A stretch of 64,000 nucleotides of DNA from Acidimicrobiaceae bacterium (GTDB taxonomy: Bacteria; Actinomycetota; Acidimicrobiia; Acidimicrobiales; Poriferisodalaceae), in contig PAHW01000002.1 of NCBI GenBank assembly GCA_002705305.1, forward strand, positions 26,392 to 90,391, read 5' to 3'. A program made the position numbers and the translations under genes. The notes beneath the pieces are model-generated. The model ran no database searches and was not told where the DNA came from. It was given only the letters and a program-made list of their open reading frames with translations. Positions 57,140-64,000 of the stretch are shown here, piece after piece. Within the stretch, counting starts at the first letter, position 1, and each line of letters starts with the position of its first letter.

Positions 57140-58527
57140 TTCACCGAAATAAGCGGGCAGACTTGCCCTCCGTGACGAAGATCTGGTTCCGTTCGCTCAT
57201 AGTGACGTTTTTGGTGCTGCCGGCGATAGTCGCGACTCCAGTTGCGGCAGCGAAGATCGAAGTCGTCGGCGACGCCATCGCGCACGGACAACCGAGCACC
57301 GAATCCATGACCTCGTCCGTCGCCGCGATGACCTCTAAAGGAGACGGTTCTGGGTATTGGATAGCGACGCAGGATGGGGCTGTAGTCAATTTCGGTGGAG
57401 CGATGCATTTTGGAGATATGAGCGGGACACCTTTGAATGAGCCCGTCGTTGGAATGGCTGTCACCCCGAGCGGAAATGGGTATTGGCTGGTTGCTGCCGA
57501 CGGGGGAATCTTTTCGTTTGGCGACGCACGTTTTTATGGTTCGACTGGGCAATTAGAGCTCAACAGCCCAATCGTTGGAATGGCAACGAGCTTTATCGAC
57601 GGTTACTGGTTAGTCGCTGCAGATGGTGGAGTTTTTGCTTTCGGCGCAGCCCCATTTTATGGATCGATGGGAGCGGTTGCCCTTAACCGTCCAATAGTTG
57701 CGATGCTTCCCAGCGGCTCCGGACGCGGGTATTGGCTGTTGGCCGAAGATGGAGGGATTTTCACGTTTGGTGATGCCGCTTTCTATGGCTCGGGTCCCGG
57801 CGAGGGCTACACCGGACTGTTCGTCGGCATGATTCCCACGACCGGCGGACATGGCTATGCACTAGTTCACAGCAACGGCAGAATTAGCCCATTTGGGACC
57901 TCAGCGCTGCAGAGTGGACCATTGTGTGATCCATGGCCGATTGCCGACATGTCGGTGGCCGGAGATGGGGCAGTGCTGCTGAGAACTGCCACTGCTCAAC
58001 CCAACAATCCACCGTCCAGCATTTCGGGACGGGTTGATTCCGAATATCTGAGTCAACTGGTCATTCACTCGCAGTCTTGCCAACCCGCACGCGAACTGGT
58101 TTTAGCCGAATTCGCCCTGCCACTAAATGAGCCCGTTCAAACGTCTTCGTTCGGTTGGCGACGCCACCCCATATGGGGAGGTATAGCGATGCATCTTGGT
58201 ACCGACTTCATCGGACCCAACGGAACATCAGGTGGGCCAGCCCTCGCTGTAGCCGACGGAACGGTTCTTGCGGTGCTTGATATGGTCGCCTACGGAAAGA
58301 CCGTTGTCCTGAACCACGGCGAGCAGATTTCGACCGTATATGCGCATCTCGGGAGAGTGAGTGTCGAAACAGGAGACGTGGTTGTGGTCGGAGATCCTCT
58401 CGGCACAGTCGGATCCACAGGGCTAAGCACCGGCATTCATCTCCACTTCGAACTTCGGGTCAATGGGACGGCGAAAGACCCGGTGCCGTATTTGAACTTC
58501 CCAGCCGCTCCGCCCGCTGAGCCGTGA
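57127..58527 (+). CDS. Secreted/membrane-anchored M23 metallopeptidase with N-terminal repeat domain
   Basis: Hydrophobic anchor IVTFLVLPAIVATPVAAA, five tandem repeats, then the M23 motifs HLGTD (HxxxD) and HLHFE (HxH). The start is uncertain (57061, 57127 or GTG 57172). Confidence 0.75.
   Translation: MGASLHRNKRADLPSVTKIWFRSLIVTFLVLPAIVATPVAAAKIEVVGDAIAHGQPSTESMTSSVAAMTSKGDGSGYWIATQDGAVVNFGGAMHFGDMSGTPLNEPVVGMAVTPSGNGYWLVAADGGIFSFGDARFYGSTGQLELNSPIVGMATSFIDGYWLVAADGGVFAFGAAPFYGSMGAVALNRPIVAMLPSGSGRGYWLLAEDGGIFTFGDAAFYGSGPGEGYTGLFVGMIPTTGGHGYALVHSNGRISPFGTSALQSGPLCDPWPIADMSVAGDGAVLLRTATAQPNNPPSSISGRVDSEYLSQLVIHSQSCQPARELVLAEFALPLNEPVQTSSFGWRRHPIWGGIAMHLGTDFIGPNGTSGGPALAVADGTVLAVLDMVAYGKTVVLNHGEQISTVYAHLGRVSVETGDVVVVGDPLGTVGSTGLSTGIHLHFELRVNGTAKDPVPYLNFPAAPPAEP
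57352..57906 (+). repeat. Five tandem ~40-aa coding repeats (GYW[LI]xxxDGGxFxFGdAxFYGS)
   Basis: Units read directly from the translation: GYWIATQDGAVVNFGGAMHFGDM, GYWLVAADGGIFSFGDARFYGST, GYWLVAADGGVFAFGAAPFYGSM, GYWLLAEDGGIFTFGDAAFYGSG, GYALVHSNGRISPFGTSA. Confidence 0.8.
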
Positions 58528-58544
58528 GACAGCGTTGCAGTCTT

Positions 58545-59222
58545 CTAGAAGGCGTCCAGGTGCTCTAGAACGGCGTCGATAAAACCGAAGTTCTTTGGAG
58601 TCGCAAAGTGATCGCATCCCCGAAGCTCTGTGTAGCTGACGTCAGAGAGAGCGTCGAGTAACGGATCTGCAGGACCGGCGAAATCTTCGCTCCCTAATAC
58701 AACTCGCACTGGATGACTTATCTTTTCGAACTGCGCAGATCCGAGGGGGTAATGGCTTCGACGCATAAATGCGGCCAATGCCTTCCCGTCTTGATCAGGT
58801 TCAGAAGCGTAGCGAGCAAAAGTTTGAGCGTGAACGTCATCATCAGCAGCTTCACCTAGCACGCCTTGAGCGATTCGTTCTGCTTGCTCCTCGTCTCTCT
58901 CAAAAAGGTTCCGTCCGACACCTGCGACGACCAGCTTGCCGAACTTCTGTGGGGCGATAGCCGCCATGCAAAGAAGCGTCCGCGCACCCATCGAAAACCC
59001 GACGCCGTCGACGACTTCGTCAGGAAGTTGATCAACCAAACTTTGTTCCATGTCGGCGTAACCAGCAGGATCGTGATGTTTCTCGGCTGAACCATGCCCG
59101 GGAAGATCCCAAGCAATCACTTGCCGCCCCGCGTCTTGTAAAAGTTCGATGATGCCCGTGGGCGCCCAAGTGGATTCGACGGACCCGGTAAAACCGTGCA
59201 GTAGCAGAACAGGGTTACTCAT
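58545..59222 (-). CDS. Alpha/beta hydrolase
   Basis: 225 aa with LLHGFTGS and the GFSMGA nucleophile elbow. Confidence 0.7.
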   Translation of the reverse strand: MSNPVLLLHGFTGSVESTWAPTGIIELLQDAGRQVIAWDLPGHGSAEKHHDPAGYADMEQSLVDQLPDEVVDGVGFSMGARTLLCMAAIAPQKFGKLVVAGVGRNLFERDEEQAERIAQGVLGEAADDDVHAQTFARYASEPDQDGKALAAFMRRSHYPLGSAQFEKISHPVRVVLGSEDFAGPADPLLDALSDVSYTELRGCDHFATPKNFGFIDAVLEHLDAF

Positions 59223-59331
59223 TTACCGAGTTTGACAGAGGACGCTCGGTGCGTGCATCCCGTCGTCAACCTGCAACAAATTTCATGCGTCGATTACCGT
59301 GAGGAAACAACATCTCAACAGGAGAGGAACC

Positions 59332-61104
59332 ATGGCTCGTTCATCCGGCCAACCGATACGAATAGCAAACTGCAGCGGGTTTTTCGGAGATCGATTAGCT
59401 GCCGCTAAAGAAATGGTTCAGGACGGACCCATCGACGCGTTAACCGGTGACTGGCTCGCTGAATTAACAATGCTGATCCTGTCGCGTATCCAAGCGAAAG
59501 CTCCAGGACGTGGATATGCGCGAACGTTTGTTACTCAAATGGAAGACGTTATGGGCGAATGCCTGGACAAGGGGATCAAAGTCGTATCGAACGCTGGCGG
59601 GCTCAACCCGGAAGGGTGCGCTGACGCGGTTCAAGAGGTAGCCGACCGGTTTGGCTTACAACCCTCAATTGCATACGTGGCCGGAGATGACCTATCCGAT
59701 CGACTTCAGGACTTGATAAACGCAGGAAACGATTTTACCCACCTTGACACCGGTCAACCTTTGGGCGAACTAGCAGATCGCATAGTTACAGCAAACGCGT
59801 ACATCGGCTGCTGGGGAATTGTTGAGGCATTGGACCAAGGGGCCGACATCGTCATTACTGGAAGAGCGACGGATGCAGCGGTTGTTGCGGGGCCAGCAGC
59901 GTGGCGACACGGTTGGCAACGAGACGACTGGGATGCCTTAGCTGGAGCGATCGTCGCGGGGCACGTCATCGAATGCGGGGCGCAAGCCACCGGAGGCAAT
60001 TATTCATTTTTCACGGAAATCGATGATCTGACGTACCCAGGGTTTCCATGGGCTGAAGTCTTCGCCGATGGAAGTTCGATAATTGGCAAGCACGATGGCA
60101 CAGGAGGCGAAATTTCCATTGGAACCATCACGTCTCAGCTTCTTTATGAGATTCAAAGCGAGCGATACCTCAATCCTGATGTTGTGAGCAGGTTCGACAC
60201 CATCCAGCTTGAGCAGATTGAAAAGGACCGTGTGAAAATCTTCGGTACTCGAGGAGAACCCGCTCCCGAAAACCTGAAAATAGCCATGAACTATCAAGGC
60301 GGCTATCGCAATCAGATTTCTATAGGTCTTACAGGCCTCGACATCGAAGAGAAGGCTGAGCTGATAGAGCGCCAGTTTTGGAATAGCTGTCCCTATGGCC
60401 CAGAAGACTATGAGACCGTGGTACGAAAGTTTCTACCGACGCACAAAGAGAACCCAGCCACAAACGAAGAGGCGGTGGCTGTCTACAAGATCATTGTCAA
60501 AGATCCCGACGAGCGAAAAGTGGGAAGAGCATTTTCGAACTCCGGGACAGAAATTGGTCTGTGTTCGATACCTGGAATGTTCGGAACCGGGGGAGGCCCG
60601 GGTCCGGGTCAACCGTTTGGCGTCTACTGGCCTGCCTTGTTGGACTCAACGCTTGCGCCGATGGAAGTAGTCGTGGACGGCAAACGGACGGTCGTGGATA
60701 ACACTGCACCATCGACGGTGGCCGAAATCGAAGCGCTAAAGGTCGTTTTGCCGGACCCGCCTCAGGGCCCGACACGTTCTATTGCCCTGGGGACCCTATT
60801 TGGGACCCGGTCGGGCGACAAAGGGCCTAATGCCAACCTCGGCATTTTTGCACGAAGTCCGGAGTCATTTGTGTGGTTACGCGATTTCTTGACCGTCGAC
60901 CGGCTTAAAGCTCTGATGCCTGAGGCAGCCGATCGAAATATTGACCGCTACGACCTCCCTAACTTGTTGAGTCTCAACTTCATTTTTCACGGGTTACTCG
61001 AAGAAGGGGTGGCTGCCTCAACGAGGCAAGATCCGCAGGCTAAGGCATTGGGAGAATATCTGCGCGCGAAAGTTGTTGAGGTGCCCGAAGCGTTGTTGCC
61101 CTAG
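59332..61104 (+). CDS. AtuA-like (DUF1446, acyclic terpene utilisation family) protein
   Basis: IRIANCSGFFGDRL...DALTGDWLAELTM matches the recalled AtuA N-terminus. Start at ATG 59332. Confidence 0.65.
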   Translation: MARSSGQPIRIANCSGFFGDRLAAAKEMVQDGPIDALTGDWLAELTMLILSRIQAKAPGRGYARTFVTQMEDVMGECLDKGIKVVSNAGGLNPEGCADAVQEVADRFGLQPSIAYVAGDDLSDRLQDLINAGNDFTHLDTGQPLGELADRIVTANAYIGCWGIVEALDQGADIVITGRATDAAVVAGPAAWRHGWQRDDWDALAGAIVAGHVIECGAQATGGNYSFFTEIDDLTYPGFPWAEVFADGSSIIGKHDGTGGEISIGTITSQLLYEIQSERYLNPDVVSRFDTIQLEQIEKDRVKIFGTRGEPAPENLKIAMNYQGGYRNQISIGLTGLDIEEKAELIERQFWNSCPYGPEDYETVVRKFLPTHKENPATNEEAVAVYKIIVKDPDERKVGRAFSNSGTEIGLCSIPGMFGTGGGPGPGQPFGVYWPALLDSTLAPMEVVVDGKRTVVDNTAPSTVAEIEALKVVLPDPPQGPTRSIALGTLFGTRSGDKGPNANLGIFARSPESFVWLRDFLTVDRLKALMPEAADRNIDRYDLPNLLSLNFIFHGLLEEGVAASTRQDPQAKALGEYLRAKVVEVPEALLP

Positions 61105-61943
61105 AGAAGCTGGGTATGGGGCTCAGCGACCACTGGATTAGTGAGTGTGCCTATCCCGTCGATGGTGATCGAAACCTCGTCACCAGGCGCGAGCATTTTG
61201 GGGGGATCCCAATAAAGGCCCACTCCGGCGGGGGTTCCGGTTGCTATGACAGTTCCTGGTTCCAATGTGAAGGCGGTCGACAAGTGGTGAACGATGTCGA
61301 AACAATCGAAGATTAAGTCGTCGGTGTTCGACTCTTGGCGAATTTCACCGTTCACACGTGTAGTGAGTTGAAGATTGTGCGGATCCAAAGAAGGGTCACA
61401 TGCCATCCACGGACCTAAGGGCCCATGAGTGTCCCAGGACTTTCCCATGAGCATGGTCGGGCTAGCCCGTTGCCAATCGCGAACGCTCACGTCGTTCATG
61501 ACGCTGTAACCCGCAATTACCTCCGACGCTCGGTCTTTTGGAACGTGACGGCACCTGCGGCCAATTATCACTGCGAGTTCGCCTTCGTAGTCCACCATCT
61601 CCGGTGCTACCTCTGGAATGTGAATTTCGGCGCCTGTTCCGACAATGCAGTTGTGATGTTTTGTGAAAATAATCGGGGTCTTAGGCAGTTCTCGTCCGCC
61701 TTCTTCTGCGTGGGCCCGATAATTCAGCCCTACCGCCAGGATTGCCGGAGGAGTTCCGACTGGGGAGAGAAGCTGTGCATCGGACAAGGGTGTTCGCGGT
61801 CCGGAAGCCAAGTCGTCTATACCTACTCCCGAAGCCAATAACCCCGGGAGATCGTCGTGCTCCGTTTCAAGATCAACTAGCTCCTCACCGTCTACTAGAG
61901 CGATCCGAACAGACTTTTCACAGAGATGTCGTGCAACAAACAT
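61101..61943 (-). CDS. Fumarylacetoacetate hydrolase (FAH) family protein
   Basis: 280 aa with DYEGELAVIIG, the SVRDWQ region and C-terminal PGDEVSITIDGIGTLTNPV. Confidence 0.8.
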   Translation of the reverse strand: MFVARHLCEKSVRIALVDGEELVDLETEHDDLPGLLASGVGIDDLASGPRTPLSDAQLLSPVGTPPAILAVGLNYRAHAEEGGRELPKTPIIFTKHHNCIVGTGAEIHIPEVAPEMVDYEGELAVIIGRRCRHVPKDRASEVIAGYSVMNDVSVRDWQRASPTMLMGKSWDTHGPLGPWMACDPSLDPHNLQLTTRVNGEIRQESNTDDLIFDCFDIVHHLSTAFTLEPGTVIATGTPAGVGLYWDPPKMLAPGDEVSITIDGIGTLTNPVVAEPHTQLL

Positions 61944-62094
61944 GTACGGACCATAGTCCCGCTCTCGTGAGTAGGGGTTAGATCTCCATCACCAACGACT
62001 ACTCGAACATTGTGTCCCTCAGCCACTTCTCTGACTTCGATAGCACCGCGCCGAAACGACAAACAACCCAAAACGGTGAGGCTAGGGTTTTGGG

Positions 62095-62544
62095 GTGAAG
62101 GTTCTGAGCTACTACGTCGAATCTTGGCGGCGCTACGCCGATTTCCAGGGACGGTCATCGCGAGCCGCTTACTGGTCGACGTTGCTGATCTCCGTGGTTG
62201 TCACCCTTGTTCTCGGAGGCGTTTCCGCAGCTATCTGGGATGTTGACAGCGACCAACTCGGTCCTTTGGAAGGCATCTATACGCTCGCCTTCATCATCCC
62301 GAGCCTGGCATTGAGCGTCCGCCGCCTGCATGACATCGGACGAAGTGGAAAGTGGATGTGGATTCTGTTGACCGGTATCGGGGGTCTGGTGCTTTTATGG
62401 TGGCACTGCCTGCCGAGTTCACCTGAAGACAACCAATGGGGACCCGCCCAGGATAGAGCTGTCGGCGATCAACTGACACCGTCACGCCGACGCGGAGGCG
62501 GAGAACCGAAACAGCCACAAGGACCAGCTGACATTATTCGCTAA
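62095..62544 (+). CDS. DUF805-domain inner-membrane protein
   Basis: F.GRSSRAAYW...VRRLHDIGRSGKW signature with 3-4 transmembrane helices. GTG start. Confidence 0.7.
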   Translation: MKVLSYYVESWRRYADFQGRSSRAAYWSTLLISVVVTLVLGGVSAAIWDVDSDQLGPLEGIYTLAFIIPSLALSVRRLHDIGRSGKWMWILLTGIGGLVLLWWHCLPSSPEDNQWGPAQDRAVGDQLTPSRRRGGGEPKQPQGPADIIR

Positions 62545-62676
62545 TTATTAGTGTGTTGGGGGCAAGGTCGAACTTGACTCGATTCTCCTCTTGTTGTCTT
62601 GGGTAAGCTCTGGCACCCTTGCTCTTCAGACCGCTGTCGCCGCGACCACGGTTCTGTGACTAGGAGCACCGCCTCG

Positions 62677-63183
62677 ATGCGTGGACCTGAAGCGAGTGTG
62701 GATTCAATTACCGACACGATCACCGGCCTGCCCGATGGCCGCGTTTTCAAAGTGATGCTTGACCGCAAAGTGGCTCTAGCCCGGCGCACTCTAAAACCGG
62801 TGTCAATCATTTACTTCAATCTTGACGACTTTGATTCTTTCGCCCCGTACATACGAGAACACGCGACCAGAGTCACCTCAAGGGTCATCACCAACACTCT
62901 TCGAGAGTCAGACACGGTGTGCGGCCTCGGCGGCGGCGTACTCGTGGCGTTGTTGGACGATACGTCGGAATCGGGTGCCGTGTGGGCTGCTAACAGGATC
63001 CGGCAGTCGAGCGCTGAAGCCCCTTCGCGAGATGTTGTCAGCCTTTCCGCTGGAGTGTCTTGCTATCCGACCCACGCCATGGATGCCGAAGATTTGATAA
63101 CAGCAGCCCGAGCAGCTTGTGAAAGAGCACTGTCCCATGGTCCGGGCCGTATCCAGGTAGCTGCGGGTGTTGAGAGCTTCTGA
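62677..63183 (+). CDS. Stand-alone degenerate GGDEF-domain protein
   Basis: ITGLPDGR start of the domain. The A-site reads GGGVL instead of GG[DE]EF, and RESD (RxxD) lies 5 residues upstream. Start set at ATG 62677. Confidence 0.6.
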   Translation: MRGPEASVDSITDTITGLPDGRVFKVMLDRKVALARRTLKPVSIIYFNLDDFDSFAPYIREHATRVTSRVITNTLRESDTVCGLGGGVLVALLDDTSESGAVWAANRIRQSSAEAPSRDVVSLSAGVSCYPTHAMDAEDLITAARAACERALSHGPGRIQVAAGVESF

Positions 63184-63235
63184 CCCGCGGGCTTTCGCAC
63201 AGTATTGTCCAACACCAGACGAATAAAGCGAAACC

Positions 63236-64000
63236 ATGGAACAGTCCCTAGAAAACGTTGTTATCGACTCCCCACAGTCGGGAGTCGCTCGAATCACTTT
63301 GAATCGGCCAGAACGTCTGAATGCACTTACGCTCGGTCTAGTTAACGATTTACACGAAGCACTCGATGGAGTGGATGGTGACCACGAAACCAGGGCCGTA
63401 ATTATTACTGGGGCAGGAAGAGGTTTCTGCGCCGGCCTCGATCTGACGGGATTTGGGACTATCCCCGGAACCGAAAATTTTGGCCAACAACAGCAAGGTA
63501 TGGCTGTACAGCAACACATCGCTGAACTGGTTCACCATATGAGAGACGTACGCCAACCGATTATCGCCGCGATCAACGGCGCAGCTGCAGGGGGAGGCTT
63601 CGCAATTGCTTGCGCAAGCGACATTCGATACTGCAGCACTTCGGCGAAGTTCGGCACCGCCTTTGTGCGGCTTGGCATCTCCGGCTGCGATATCGGTGTT
63701 AGTTGGATGTTGCCGCGACTGATCGGAGCCTCTCGCGCTTGGGAATTAATGCTCACCGGCCGCGTCATCGATGCCGAGGAAGCCAATCGGATTGGACTTG
63801 TGAGTAACGTTGTGCCTGACGGCGACTTAACCGACACATGCCTGAACGTAGCCACTGAGATTTGCGGAAATAGCCCCTTCGGAGTTTGGATGACCAAAGA
63901 AGTCATGTGGTCAAACCTTGAAATTCAGAGTCTGAAGGCCGGAATTGATATAGAAAACCGGACTCAAATTTTGGCCTCAGGCACTGAAGACAGCAAGGAA
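63236..64000 (+). CDS. Enoyl-CoA hydratase/isomerase (crotonase fold), 3'-truncated by the window edge
   Basis: Not in the ORF track because it has no stop. My translation from ATG 63236 gives MEQSLENVVIDSPQSGVARITLNRPERLNAL...GAGRGFCAGLDL...AINGAAAGGGFA. Confidence 0.8.
   Translation, partial: MEQSLENVVIDSPQSGVARITLNRPERLNALTLGLVNDLHEALDGVDGDHETRAVIITGAGRGFCAGLDLTGFGTIPGTENFGQQQQGMAVQQHIAELVHHMRDVRQPIIAAINGAAAGGGFAIACASDIRYCSTSAKFGTAFVRLGISGCDIGVSWMLPRLIGASRAWELMLTGRVIDAEEANRIGLVSNVVPDGDLTDTCLNVATEICGNSPFGVWMTKEVMWSNLEIQSLKAGIDIENRTQILASGTEDSKE

Noticed and set aside
61944-62094. Small ORFs (61895..62158 minus, 62010..62246 plus) in the spacer upstream of the FAH and DUF805 genes
   Set aside because: They overlap each other and the flanking genes, sit in different frames from the neighbours, and have no motif. 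They are most likely a promoter-containing spacer.
1-64000. Search for mobile elements, CRISPR arrays, tRNA/rRNA genes, toxin-antitoxin or defence systems, or a compositional island
   Set aside because: I noticed no transposase-, integrase- or recombinase-like translation, no regularly spaced direct repeats, no cloverleaf-like sequences in the few spacers, and no obvious compositional break. This is a by-eye assessment only, and tRNAscan, Infernal and repeat finders should confirm it.

Overview
This is a dense, moderately GC-rich bacterial chromosomal segment with about 62 protein-coding genes and very short intergenic spacers. I saw no rRNA, tRNA, CRISPR array, IS element, integrase, phage gene or recognisable defence system. 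Family assignments come from reading the translated ORFs and recalling motifs; nothing was searched. Several families (DinB/TIGR03086-like protein, HisN-type IMPase, overlapping FadE-type acyl-CoA dehydrogenase pair, split MaoC hydratase, GYW..DGG.F.FG-repeat M23 peptidase, DUF4031) suggest Actinomycetota, perhaps a marine Acidimicrobiia-like lineage, but that is inference only. The window is dominated by CoA-thioester catabolism: 6 acyl-CoA dehydrogenases, 5 crotonase-fold hydratases, 3 family-III CoA-transferase domains, 1 acyl-CoA ligase, 2 MaoC hotdog proteins and 3 SDRs. It also holds two D-aminoacylase-like amidohydrolases, a gamma-butyrobetaine/carnitine catabolic operon, metY, and housekeeping genes (ung, udk, a cyclophilin). 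The most interesting result is that two genes the ORF track truncates or splits are best read as selenoproteins. One is a DsbA/FrnE-like protein whose CPWC active site reads U-P-W-C, with in-frame TGA at 33681..33683. The other is an AhpD/CMD-like protein whose CxxCxxxH motif reads C-F-Y-U-T-A-A-H, with in-frame TGA at 44012..44014. Each TGA is followed by a GC-rich hairpin whose 5-nt G-containing loop begins after exactly 24 nt, which is the geometry expected of a bacterial SECIS element. Secondary observations include a tandem-fused CoA-transferase whose N-terminal half lacks the catalytic Asp, a divergent DHPS-like paralogue, and a degenerate GGDEF protein with an intact RxxD site. There is also a signal-less penicillin-acylase homologue coupled to an esterase, and several small repeat or palindrome elements.
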